DNA of 64,000 bases from Sphaerodactylus townsendi (Eukaryota), in contig NC_059436.1 of assembly GCF_021028975.2 (NCBI RefSeq), forward strand, positions 35,898,001 to 35,962,000, written 5' to 3'. A program made the position numbers and the translations under genes. Each line of letters starts with the position of its first letter. Position 1 is the first letter of the stretch. The notes beneath the pieces were generated by a model that did no database searches, was not told the DNA's origin, and worked only from the letters and a program-made list of their open reading frames with translations. Below are positions 1 through 13,400 of this stretch, in pieces.

Positions 1-104
1 AAACATGGATGAGAATACAACAAAATGTGTAGGGGCTTTACATGACAATAAAGATTTTCCAATAAATATAACTTCAGTTGTTGGTTCATATTGTTTTCAG
101 TTGT

Positions 105-276
105 TTGTATGTGTATATGTGTGTGTGTGTGTATGGTGTATATATACATACATATACTCATATTTACATACATACACACACACACACATACATAAAATAT
201 ACTCATATGCACATACATATATATACATACAAATATACAAATGTATACACACACACACACACATATTCATATATAT
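105..276. repeat. Compound TG/TA/CA microsatellite
   Basis: Low-complexity dinucleotide tract; explains ORFs 5..325 and 78..278. Confidence 0.95.
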
Positions 277-580
277 GAGGTTTCAGGTTAGAACTTGGAG
301 TTTTCAAAGGAGCAAACAGGACTGAAGGCAGTGAGAGCTGGCCTATTGGCTCAGATTGGCCCAGCAGCCTTTCATTCTGCCTCGAGAAAGCCTGCCTTCC
401 TTTGCTTCTGTTTCTAAGGTTTTATCACAGGTAGAAATCCAGATGCTTCCTGAATACAACTTCTATAACTTTCCTTTATCTTTCAGCATCCACACTGCCT
501 CCACCAATAAAGTGATGGGGAAGAAGCTGGTTGACAGATAGAGGCAGGAAGAAAACTAGGCTACACCAAGCAACATGCCT

Positions 581-884
581 GCAAACCAAAAAAGGGAAAA
601 GATGCAAGGTGACAGGTGACAGTTTTATTGTTGTGTAAAGCTCCTACATGTTTCACCATATAAGCGTCATCAAGGGGATTGGTAAAAACATTCTACAATA
701 AATATAACTAATGGAAGAACCACATCTTTAAAATATTACGAACTATTAACATCAATATTAATTTAAAAAGACAGGATAAAATAAGTTCAAGAAAGGAAAC
801 ATGGATCAAAACACAGTAAAATGTGCAGGGGCTTTACATGACAATAAAGTTGTCACCTTGCATTTTTTTCCCCCTTTGGTTTAC
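581..884. mobile_element. Old fold-back element, probably Penelope-derived
   Basis: About 70-bp imperfect inverted repeats (581-655 / 815-884), a degenerate hammerhead motif, and a related fragment at 1-53. Confidence 0.6.
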
Positions 885-1356
885 TGACAGATAGAGGCTG
901 CTTGTTACAAAATCCAGGTTTGTCCGTGAGTGCAGCAAAGCCCCCAAAGACCTCAGCAGGCTCAGATGTTCCCATCCACCTTCCCTCAGTCAATGAGAAA
1001 GGCCTAAAGACTTCCTGGTTTTGCACACACTGCAGTTCAATGTGACACCCAAAGCAGGTGAAAGAACAGTGTTCTTTTTCCATTGCCTACAAATGGATGG
1101 GTTGAATTCTGATTGTAGTCACAGACCAAACCACAGTTTGTCGTTTCACCTGACTGAGGCATCACAGCCAACTGTTGTTTGTACCAACTGAGATGTTTTC
1201 AGTCTCTGCCCCTTGAGTCAGGGGAGGAAGAAGACAGGACTTAATGGCTCATTTACAGCACAATCCAACCCAGGTTTGTTCCTGACACCTGACTACAAGC
1301 TTCTGAGCTTCCATCATCTGGAACACTGTCATAGAACATACTAGCATAGTGCTTAC

Positions 1357-1400
1357 CTCAGCTAGGTAGAGGATGCAGAACTTTAGATCCTCTGGGGAAT
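1357..1400 (-). CDS. RGS3: RGS3 exon (D)SPEDLKFCILYLAE
   Basis: ttttcag|AT...GAG|gtaagc, 44 nt, phase 1->0. Confidence 0.95.
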
Positions 1401-4400
1401 CTGAAAAGGAAACAAAATCACATTGTAGCTTTCCATATGCAATCAGAATGTGGCTTTTGCAAGAGGACTTGTCTTCCTTCCTCGAAGAGTTCATTTTATG
1501 TTCTTATCATTTCTTTGCTTTCACCCATCCACTCCCAAATCAAGAAAAAAGGGTTGAATTCTGTGACTCTTTTCTACTAAGTTTTCATCCAACAGAGAAA
1601 GGCTTTCTCCAACAGACAGAGAAAATTTTCTCTACTGGAAACACTCTTCTCTGTAGGACTGAGGCCCTTTCTGCACATGCAGAATAATGCACTTCCAATG
1701 CACTTTGAAGCTGGATTTTACTGTGCGGAACAGCAAAATCCACTTTCAAATAATTGTGAAAGTGGATTGGAAATGCATTATTCTGCATAAGTGGCCAAAG
1801 TATTTCTCTGTTGAAGGAAGGCTTAGGGCAGGGGTCTGCAACCTGCGGCTCTCCAGATGTTCATAGACTACAATGGGAATTATAGTCCATGAACATCTGG
1901 AGAGCCGTACATTGCAGACCCCTGGCTTAGTGGAAGAGAGTCAAAGGATCCAGCTCCCCAAAATGAAGTCATTCTGAAATGATTGGCCTCATCCCACTTT
2001 CCAGTTGCATCTGTTGAAGGCCAATAAAACGCTTTTTTATGAAATTATGTTATCATGATTAAAGATCCTACCTAACTATCCACAAGAAAGGCTGGATAAG
2101 CCTGGCACCCAGCCTGGGGTATTTTAGCATTTGGAGGTTTTGTTTAGGAAAAAAGATGTCTAAGGAGGAAAACATGACAGTAGTTTTGACAATTCTGAAA
2201 AATGTGGTTAGAAAGAATATTTTTCCTGCCATTTTTCATGAATGTTGGTGTTCTCATAAATTGTATTACTGTACAATTATAAGCTTTCATTGGTGCAAAC
2301 TACTGAAATGTGTAATAATAAATACTAGAATTCTGAGTCAGCCCATCAACCTAATCAGTAGTCAGGAATGCCAAAGGCCTGCCTCAGCATCAATCTATAG
2401 TTAAATTCTAGAATTCATTGCTTCAAGAAGTGATGACACCAGGTGCCTCAATTTTATTTTTCAAGATTAGAAACATCAATGGAGGATAGGCAGGTCAGCC
2501 AACAGAGCAAAACAGAACCCCATGTTCAGATGCAGTCTGCCTGCAATGCCAGGTGCTGGATCAGATAAGAAAGGAGGGCTGTCACTTTCAAGGCCCTGCT
2601 TATAAGTGCCAAGGAACATCTGTTGGAAACAGAGTGCTGTGGTCTGCCTGCAGTTGGAGAGCTTGAAATAGTACACATGTTGGGTCCCTCCTTTAGCGTG
2701 GCAGACTCACCCTCTTGCAGTCTGACATCGTGCAGGTAAAGGGGGTTTCGGAGAACGTTGCAGCGGCCTGGTTCATCTTCTTTGGTGAACAGCAGCAAGT
2801 CGGAATAGATGAAGAGTGTCACCTGGGCAAAGTGGGGGGGAAATGTTAAAGCTCATAAGGCTGGAAGGAATTAAAATGCCCTGGCTGCCAAGGAAATCAC
2901 CATCTCAACACCATCTCAACACATATAAAAGATAAGGCTCAGATTTTTCCCACTTCTTACAAAAAACAGTGAATCTATTATTAGCAAAGAAAGAATTGCA
3001 AAACAAGTTGGTTACAGCATCAGCTCAGAAAAAGTCTAAGGCTTGATTTAAACTTGATGCTGGAAATACTTTTCTACAGGATGCTGCACTCACTGGGCCA
3101 CGACTCACCCAAAGCAGCAAATTGGCATGCATTCTCTAGGGGGATTTTGCACTCCCTCAGCACCTCATTCAAAGAGGGCACAGGAAGCCGTCATATCTAA
3201 ATGAAACAAACTGCAGAACAGGGCTTTCATTTCAGCCATCCTCTCATTCAAATTAGGTCTCTAGCTCTTCTTCAGGGCTTTATTGAGGATAAGAGCAGCA
3301 GTGGTGTAGTGGTTAAGAGCAGGTGCATTCTAATCTGCAGGAACCAGGTTTGATTCCCCGCTCTGCCGCTTGAGCTGTGGAGGCTTATCTGGGGAATTCA
3401 GATTTAGCCTGTGCACTCCAACACGTGCCAGTTGGGTGACCTTGGGCTAGTCACAGTTCTTTGGAGCTCTCCCAGCCCCACCTTTCTCACAGGGTGTTTG
3501 TTGTGAGGGGGAAAGGAGATTGTAAGCCCCTTTGAGACTCCTACAGGAGAGAAAGGGGGAATATAAATCCAAACTCTTCTTCTTCCATACCTCTCCACTC
3601 CCACCCCCCAATTTAGAGAACAGATTGCCAAAATAATATCACTGGCATTTTAAAGCCTTCTGAATTCCAAACAGTTTGCAGCCATTGGTTCCAGGCCACA
3701 ACAACATCCTTTCCCTTTCTGGCAAGAACCAGTTCCCTCCACTCCAATGAATTGGTAGAGCACAGCCATCCGTCCCCTCTCATCTATGCTTCCTTTAAGG
3801 TAAACAGGTCATGTGCCAAGAGAATGCGGGACATCCAAGTCCTTCTGTGCCACAGACCCGGAAACCCACAACCCAGGTCTTGGAAGGTCGTGGCTGTGGG
3901 AACTGCAATCAAGTCTAGACAGGATGTGATTGAAGCCGGATGAAGGATCCAGGGAAAGGACTGCTTCTGGCACAGATCCATGCACACTCTGTAACCAGCA
4001 CCCCTGCCCTCTCTTCCACTCCATTTCATTCCATTACTGTACTAATTAGTGTTCTTTTCTTACCCAGCTTCTTATCAAAGGTCTTCAAGTGGCTTCGAAA
4101 AAAAGCAAAGAGCAACAAAATCGCCATTGCACCCATCATCAAAGGTAACACAGAAAATCCGCAGTCTTTAAAAGGTGCATTTCCAGCTTTTCTCCCCAGT
4201 GGAGGCTCAAAAACATCATTCTTCCCTCCACCATTTTATTCTCAAAAACCCCACTTCGCAAGGTAGGGTAGGCTGAGAGTGTGTCGCTGGCCCAATGGCA
4301 TCCCATACGTTTCCATGGCAGAGCAGTGATTCGAACCTTGGTTCCCCGGATCCTTAGCTGACACTGTGACAACTACACCACACTTGACAATACCTAATGT

Positions 4401-7400
4401 AGCCAAACTCAGCAAGCGCACACACACACACAACTGCTGAATTTCTTGATAGAAAAGACAGCACTCTCAGGGGGGAACATTCAGGGTCACAAGGAGTGAT
4501 TGGATGTGGTGGGAAAGGTGTGCCTGTGGGGGAAAGTACCCCTCAAAAGAGTGCCATTTCTAAAAAAGTTCTAGTTTTGGTCACCTCACCAGCTTTCCTT
4601 CGGGTAGTGCTGGGTACATCTAGCTTGGCCTCCCTGAAAGATCTTAATGTATGAGCCTGTCCAAAAGGCAGAAAACTGCCTGATCTCTTCAAGTATTTAA
4701 TCACTTCTGACTGCAAATAGAACACTGTATGCTTGCCTCTTCCCCTGTCCACAGAAATCTAGCACGTGGCTAGACATAAAGCTTTTTCTCCTGTGTTAGC
4801 TAAGAGCAGGGAGTGTTTTTTATTTTAAAAAGCTGGTGGCACTTTCAAATATTATTATTCCAAACTATGAATTGATCAGGGGAGCTAAAAATATCAGAAA
4901 GTCTTGAGAGGCAAGGAGTCAGAGGCTTTCTTTGGCCTTCTCTCTGCACCCAACCTACCTCATAAGGTTGGCATGGGGATAAAACAAGGGAAGGTAGAAC
5001 AATGGAAGCTGCCCGAAGCTCCTTGGGAAAAGGACAAGATCAAGGCAAGACACACTGATGGTTCCATGTCAGAAACAGGGTGCTAAACCCTCTGTGTGCT
5101 TTTTTACCCCTTCCCAATAATAGAGAAAGGTTGCAAAGTGTCTTTTACAGGTATCTGCAGATTCTTTAGAAGAGATATAACTATGGGCTTTTAAATATAT
5201 ATTTATATTTTTAACATTGTAAATGTTTTTATGTTTTTAATAATATTCTATAGAATATTTAACTTCTACCTCCTTCTGATAATTTGCTGATATTTTTGTC
5301 AATTTGTTGTCACCCTTGTTTAACAGTTCCCTGGCCACAAATAACTTTTTAACTTATGTCTAATAAAGTTTACTGTACTGTACTGTATTGAGAAAGGTGT
5401 GACGTTTATTAGTAACAATAATTATTAATTTTAAATCTGTTATTAGAGAGCAATCTTAAGTAGGTAGATGGAATTGGGAGCCTTTGTTAACTCTATTTTG
5501 TGTGTTTCCTCTTTCTGTTTGTAAGATGTAAAAGTTTTCATAATAAAAACTTTAAAATAAAAAACTTTGCCCCTTCTCATATTCCTGCTTTGGAAGCACA
5601 GGAGGTTGACTGCATCCTTTGTTTCCTTTGCAATCAAGGCATTAGGAGAGTAAATATTGTCTCGCTTCAGCTAAGAGTTAGTGGGAATAAACAGACATAC
5701 TGATCGGGGTGCTGGGCAAGCCAAGATTCTTACCTTCGTAGGCTTGTTTCTGGTCTCGTGAAGCAGCAGCTCTTCTGACAAAACCAGCGTTCGAGCTGGA
5801 TTGCAAAGGTCAAGAGGCTGTAAATAAGGGGAAAACAGATTTGAGATTTTGGTCATACAATGAACTTTACACACACACACACACACACACACCCCACACA
5901 CACATTCACAAGAGCCCCACCAGCTTCTCACTCCCTGCAAGCCCCAGAGCACAGAGCACCTCTTGTAGATGGACAGTCCACAGTCCAGCAAAGTGATAAG
6001 GAGTGGGAGTGTTTTGTGGGGAGGGAACAACTTCACACTTGAAACACCTGCGTCATGCAGGAGCTAAGAAAAGAATTGGCGCTTTTGCTTCTGCGTGTTG
6101 GGTGATAGTTTCGCAAAGCCAGGGCATGGCTGTAAAAAAACCACAAGGGGAAACTCAGCCGCCGCAGCCCCGGGTACAGAACGTGGGAAGAAGGAAGTGT
6201 TTACAAAAAGTACTCATATAGGAGAAGAGATGAAGACCCCCACAAAAGGTAGCCTCCTCCCCTACCACATCTGCCACCCTCAAAGTCTGTAGGCCTCTTG
6301 GCTTCTTAATGGGCGCGGCCAATTAAACCTTTTGCCAAGATCCACCCAATTCACTATACTTGCCTTTCTCTCCCTTTGCCACGACCTTGTTTGGAGCGGT
6401 TTGACCGGATGGGAAAACTAGGTAGCTTCCCAGAGCAGCACAACCCACCACCTACCTATTGACCTAACTAGTTGCCTAGTACACTTTTCTCCTGCCTTTC
6501 CTCTGAGGAGCTCAGGACAGCATATAGAGTCCCCCATTTTATCTTTACAAGGATGTGAGGGAGTCTGACCGTTCCAAGGCTAACCAGTGAGCTCTACAAC
6601 AGAGTGGGGATTTGAACCGGGATCTCCTAAAACTGAAGTCCAGCATTGTAACCACACACCACATTGGCACATATATCCGGTTTGGCCCCTTCCGCACACG
6701 CAAAATAATGCGTTTTCAAACCACTTTCACAACTGTTTGCAAGTGGATTTTGCTATTCCGCACAGCTTTAAAGAGCACTGAAAGCAGTTTGAAAATGCAT
6801 TATTCTGCATGTGCGGAATGAGCCTTACTTACATTTAATGTAGAACAGTAGTTCTCAACCTTCCTAATGCCGTGACCCTTTAATACAGTTCCTCATGTTG
6901 TGGTGACCCCCAACCCTAACATTTATTCATTTTACAGATGGAGAACACTCATGCAGAGAGTCTTAGTTGACCCCTGTGAAAGGGCCGTTTGACCCCCAAA
7001 GGGGTCGCGACCCCAAGGTTGAGAACCGCTGATCTAGAACATTCTGCTTCCTACATAAGCCAAAAGGGTAGCCCAACGTTTTCTTAAATGTCTCAGGGGT
7101 CCTGGGGTGTATCTTCCTCCTGCATTCCTGCACACTGCCCTCCGCCAACATCAAGAGGCCCCAAAAGAAGACCTGAATTATTCCCCTCTCTGGGCTCCTG
7201 TTCTCCACATCCACAAAATTTCTGCTCAGTTTTCAAACCATGGTAACAATGACAAAGGTGAGCCTCTCCTCTTCCACCTGGCCTCGCAGTACTTCTTGCC
7301 CCCTCTTATCACTGACCTCACCCATGCCTGCAAGCACCTGGGAGACCTACCTGAACAAAGATGGGGAAGACCAGCACTTTCGGAGCCAGCGTCACGTACG

Positions 7401-10400
7401 TGCCGTAACTGGAGTGAGGAATGTTGGGCCTCACCAGAGTGCAGTTCTGGGAGTTGCTGCCATGGCCTTTGATGGTCTGCACTGTCTTCATGAGCCGGGA
7501 TTTCTTGCCATGAGTCCCTCCTTTACACGCATTGCCTATAAACAGGGCAGGGGGAAATAAGAGTGTGGTGGGTCATGGTATTTCTGCCCCAACTGATTTG
7601 GTCACTTATAATGCCAGAATGCACCTCATGCTATGCCTGTCTGTCCCAATTCATAATGTGTTTCTGGATTTTTATCAGTTAGTTATTATCTGGCTAGTGA
7701 AGCTCATTTGAAGAGCTTCATATCATTCTTCTTCCATCTAGGTCAGCGGTGTCCAACTCTGGTGCTTCAGATGTTCATGGAGGGCTGATGGGAATTGTAG
7801 TCTGTGAACATCTGAAGCACCAGAGTTGGACACCCCTGATCTAGGTTGACTAGAAGATATGGGGTTCCCCCTACTTTTTTTTTTAACAGCTGCATAAAAG
7901 AGATCATTTTGACCAGCACAGCTTTTCTCTCCCCTTTAGGATGAGCTGCCCTGGCCAAAATCCCTTCCACTTCAAAATCCCTTCCACTTTTTTGCTTCTC
8001 CCTTTCCAATATTTATAGGTGGATTTCCAACAGAAAACTGTTCACAAGTTTTTTTAAAAAAAATGCAAATAAAAATCAATACAAAATGGAAAAGCAACAC
8101 AACTAAGCTCATAGGAAAGCCATAAAGCCACACAAAACCAATGAAACTATCCATTAATTTTCAAACATCAAACGGTGCAGAAAAGACCCTGAAGAAAGGC
8201 CCTAAAGGAAGGGACTTTAAATTCCAGAAACTCTTCTCTATTGCATCTGGTTGTGCCCCTGTTTTGTATGAAAGCTTTATATCTTGTTGGCTTGGTCTAC
8301 AGTTAAGCACATAGCCACCTACTAACCAATCTTTACAAAAGTTGTCTGTTGGTTAGACCTGGTGTTATCTGCTTGAAAATGGCTACCAAGTTCATCAATC
8401 CTTTCGTCCTTTATGATTTTACAGTTCTCCAAAGTGGCACGTATGAAAAGTGTGTGCATGTAGGCATATCTTTGGTTTGATTTGCAAATCTTAGCCTGCA
8501 CCCTCAAAACAGCAACCAAGCAATTGTTATAGGCAGACACACTGACATGGTGTGCTTGGAATAAGGACGTTTATGCATTACTTTTCATAACAACATTTCA
8601 CTTAGAAGGCAGCAAACTCTAGCAGTTGTTTTAGGAAGTTTTCCATTTAATAACAACTCTTCTTTAAGTTGAATCTTTAAGGGGGGAGTAAAAGAGAGAG
8701 AGAGAGGTTGTTTGGCAGGATTGGAAAAGCTCCAATTTAATGTACTGTCGAAGGCTTTCACGGCCAGATTCAACTGGTTGTTGTGGTTTTCCGGGCTGTG
8801 TGGCCGTGGTCCGGTAGATCTTGTTCCTAACACTTCACCTGCATCTGTGGCTGGCATCTTCAGAGGTGTATCACACTCAGAGTGTGTGTAACAGACTTCC
8901 CTCTGTGATACACCTCTGAAGATGCCAGCCACAGATGCAGGCGAAATGTTAGGAACAAGATCTACCGGACCATGGCCACGAAGCCCGGAAAACTCAGAAC
9001 AACCAGCTCCAATTTAAGTTTGTCTCAACTTTTAAGAAAGAACAGAGGTGCAAAAAAAGATATCAGGTTGCAAAATAGTCCCTGCTTTTCCACTGAAGAA
9101 AGACCAGCAGGAATTCAGATCTGTACCTAGTTTTCCCCATAAGTATCAGAAGCAAAATAAGAAGGCAGGTTGTTTGGCGCAGAATTTAGGCTCTCTCAGT
9201 GCACAGTGTTGGCTCCTCTTTTTCAGCATGAAGAACACTAAACCCTCTATGCAGCTTTAATTGGCTTAGAACACCCGGAAACAGTCGAGGAATTGTTTTG
9301 GTTACTTATTTATCCATCACATAGCCCCAGCACAAAACTTTTCCAAGAGTCAATAGGAAACAGTGCCTAACGGAAATGGTGAGTCAATCCACGTTATTGT
9401 TGGCTAGCTGAAGGCATTTCAGCAAATTTCCTACACAGCCATTGCTGCTGCAGAGAAGCTGGAAAACAAAATTGCTGGGGCACGGTTTCTACTGCATCCA
9501 CGTCACACCAGCTCTCTGACGCAACACCGAGCAACCCAAAAGGTTTCATCTGTTTTGCCAAGTTCAGCTTTTTCATATCAAGAGATGCCCGATGGCACAG
9601 TATTATGTTGTCATTGGTCCAGGCCTATCACAAAGCAAGACAATTTCTCCCTTCAGAAGAATTTGAGAGCTAAAGGCATCCTAGTGATAGGGTGATCAAC
9701 TCACAGCACACAATTTTAATGCTGGGTCTTTAATAGTTGGTACATTTTTGGAGAATTTTATGTTCTTTTATGCTTTTACCATATTTTACCTTCAGTAAGT
9801 TCTCTGGAGAAGTAGCACAGAAATTTTCCCAATAAGTAAGTGAAAACAAATGAATTAAAAATGAATGGAAAACAATCACCACCACCCTCTTGGAAATTCT
9901 CCTGCAGAACCCCAATGAATTGAACAGTACCTTCCAAGGGTACAACAAGTCAAGTTGCCCTTTGTTATTCTCCTTGGGAGAATGGCATGACAATCAGGGA
10001 GGCAGTCATGGGCTATTCCCTCAGCCAAACACTGCTCATGCCTGTCAGGCAGAACTACTAACACCACCCAACTTTTCTGGAAAGCTGCTGCAGTGATTAG
10101 TTCACTATCACAGGTAAAAGTCTCCGAGTGCAGAAGAAAAAAGCAGAGCAATTCACTTATGGTATTTAGCTCTTTAGCTGAGTGGCTAAGAAAACAATGG
10201 TAAACCAGGATGTTTACAGAATGGCGCAGTGGTTAGAGTTCAGACTAGGATCTAGGTTCAAATCCCCACTCTGCCATGGAAGCTTGCTGGGTGATCCTGA
10301 ACTAGTAACTCTTTTAGCCTACCTCACAGGATCATTGTTTTGAGGATAAAATGGAGGAGAAGAGAACAATATTGCAGGTACTTATGGATCCCCACTGGAG

Positions 10401-13400
10401 AGAAAACAAGTATAAATATCTATCTATCAAATAAATACTGCTTTTGCTTTGAGCCCATTAAGAGGATCTTTGGCAAACCTGCTTCTCTCTCTCACTCATT
10501 CTGAGCTCCCAAACCATTCACAATGCATAGCCTATACTAATGATCTATTTTGCAAGGTTTCTGAAAGGATTACAAAAAGGTGATTATGCAAAATAGTTTG
10601 AACACTTAATAGTGCCAAACTAACACAAGAATCTGCAAATCTACCTGTGCTTTGTCTGCTTTCTCCTCCCGTGTCAATTGGCTAGCAGATGGTAGATGGA
10701 AACAGAGCTGGGTAATTCCGGCCGTGAAAGCCTTCGACAATACATAGAGCAGGGTAAAATAAAAGGCTATATTTGAGGATCCTTCAATCTTTCGCCCAAG
10801 TTTCCCAAAGCCCTTCTCTCTAGAAACTGCACAGGGAATAACAGTACCCTTCCTCTGCTTCCAGAAGGCATCAGTGCCTTTGCAGCATCAGCAACTATGA
10901 TACCAATCTTGGCACAAGGCTAGGGGCATACCTTGCAACCAACACTTTTTAACATTAAGACAGGGAACCGTAAGCTAAAGGAAAGAAAGGGGTGGAAAGC
11001 TGGGGCTGCTCTGCCCGTTCTCTCAGCTCTATTTTCATCTTGAAGGCCAGGTTTCCAAACACGTCTCCCTGGGGCATTCCTCAGTTGAAACCACACTGGA
11101 AAAGCAAATGAAATTGCAGTCCTCCAGGAACTACATAGCAGACACCCATGACCAGCTTGTGTTGACAGCAGACGCTCTTGAACACGGCTGGAGAAACAGA
11201 TAGGGCCCGCTCCAAAGTAAATAAGTCTGGCTTATTCCATTAACCCTTCGGAAAGAGCTTGTTTGCTCTGAGGTAAACAACAGCCCAGACAGAGCAAGTT
11301 AATTGGCAAGGGCTTGAAACAAGCTGCTGCTTGCCATTTGCCCAGGGACTAGTCCCAGGTGGGGGGCGGGGGGACAGCAAGCCCTTCCAAAATCCACTGA
11401 GGAAGAAAGAGAAGCAAGCTTTTAGGAGTTCTTTTGATGCGTCTTCATCAGCAACAACAAAATGACAGCAGTAATGGCAATATTTTTGCCTTTCTACAGC
11501 ACAATTCAAACATTCAAAGAATCTGCCATATATTCTAGGTTTAATTTTTACAATCAGGTAGGCCATATTATTTTCCTGTCTATGATGCAGTCAATTAGGC
11601 TGAGGGTGAAAAAAAACCGTGGTTCATCTAACGGGCAAACAACTGAGATGCTGACGTTCTGTGACTGGAACTCCGAGACTGTATTTGACCCTACTTAAAA
11701 GCATCCACAAGGAGTTTGATATGGTTTGGCAAAGGGGTTCTGAGGAACGAGCATTAATCCATTCCAGACCATTTTCTGATTTTTTTTAAAAAAGAACTCC
11801 TCGCAGGACTTTCAAGCCCTGATACAGAAATAAGCAGCCCTATATGTGGAGCTGTCTTTTTCTGTTACCAGGGCTTAAAACAGCACAAGTAGGCCATTTG
11901 TGATAGCAGAAGCCATGGGGATGAGGGAGAATTAATATCTTTTCCCTGGCCCCCCAATCCATTTCCCTCTCAGCTACTTTTCTGGCTTTCCAACCAAAGA
12001 TCTGTGTGGCGTTTCCCATCTCCCGTGGTGTCAGCCTGTGCGTGACCCAGCAAGGCAAGTCCAGGCGCTGGGGCCGAGCCCAGACAATCTGCAAAATCAT
12101 TAATAGTTTAGCCCTAAGATTACTTCATGATTGTGTGGCTGAGACATAACTTGACCAAACAACATTGCTATGTCTACCTCATGGCTAATAGAAGAAACCA
12201 ACATAGAGAAGAAAGCATATCTACCCAACATGTTGCCTGATATATATATACAAACAAAACAGTTTTATTTTCACACTGCTTTTTAAAAGCCAAAAACTTC
12301 CAATGGTTTTGTGCGCAGATAGACTCCTGAAAACAAAGCATTTCCACAGGTCTTGGAGCCAGTGTATTCACTGTTTTGCTTACAACGTTTTCAAGAGTTA
12401 CTTCACGGATGCTGAGAAAACACAGACCTCAGCTGCATAAAGGGACCGGAGGGTTTATACACCAACTTCAATTTCAGCAGAAAGTAGCTAGTTCCATTTA
12501 TTATGGGGGAACGGAAGTAGCTACTTTCTGATGAAGTGGAGGAAGTATAATGACGTGCAAACAGCCGCTTCGCTTGTAAAGCTGAGGAGGGCTGGCTGGG
12601 CCACAAATTCCACACAAAATGATGGCTTCATGGTCAAAAGCACTTAGCACATGAGACTGAGCAGAAAAGGATATTGAAACTCAGAATGCACACCCCATCA
12701 AACATCTGTTTCCAGACTGATGACTGTTTCATGTAATGCTTCTTATATAAAGCAGTGGTGCGACCGCACTTGGAGTACTGTGCCCAGTTCTGGTCGCCAC
12801 ATCTCAAAAAGGATATTGAGAAGATAGAAAAAGGGCAGAGAAGGGCAACAAGGATGATTGAGGGACTGGAGCACCTTCCCTATGAGGAGAGGCTGCAGCG
12901 TTTGGGACTCTTTAGTTTGGAGAGGAGACGTCTGAGGGGGGATATGATTGAAGTCTACAAAATTATGCATGGGGTAGAAAATGTTGACAGAGAGAAATTT
13001 TTCTCTCTTTCTCACAATACTAGAACCAGGGGGCATTCATTGAAAATGCTGGGGGGAAGAATTAGGACTAATAAAAGGAAACACTTCTTCACACAACGTG
13101 TGATTGGTGTTTGGAATATGCTGCCACATGAGGTGGTGATGGCCACTAACCTGGATAGCTTTAAAAAGGGCTTGGACAGATTTATATAGGAAAAGCCAAT
13201 CTATGGCTACCAATCTTGATCCTCCTTGATCTCAGATTGCAAATGCCTTAGCAGACCCGGTGCTCAGGAGCAGCAGCAGCAGCAGGCCACTGCTTTCACA
13301 TCCTGCACGTGAGCTCCCAAAGGCACCTGGTGGGCCACTGCGAGTAGCAGAGTGCTGGACTAGATGGACTCTGGTCTGATCCAGCTGGCTTGTTCTTATG

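Noticed and set aside
5-325. ORFs 5..325 and 78..278
   Set aside because: Translations of a dinucleotide microsatellite.
3293-3365. tRNA genes at SINE heads
   Set aside because: The A/B boxes belong to multi-copy SINEs and run directly into SINE core sequence.
11995-12088. Exon-like segment IVWARPQ...QIFG (and another at 10645-10681)
   Set aside because: Weaker splice sites, no homology, and not needed for frame continuity.
12403-12432. atgcag|LRSVFSQHP as the LLRPVYQE exon
   Set aside because: It has an in-frame TGA; the true exon is at 13478-13517.
12755-13189. 144-aa ORF as a host gene
   Set aside because: It is the C-terminus of CR1 ORF2 in a truncated LINE.
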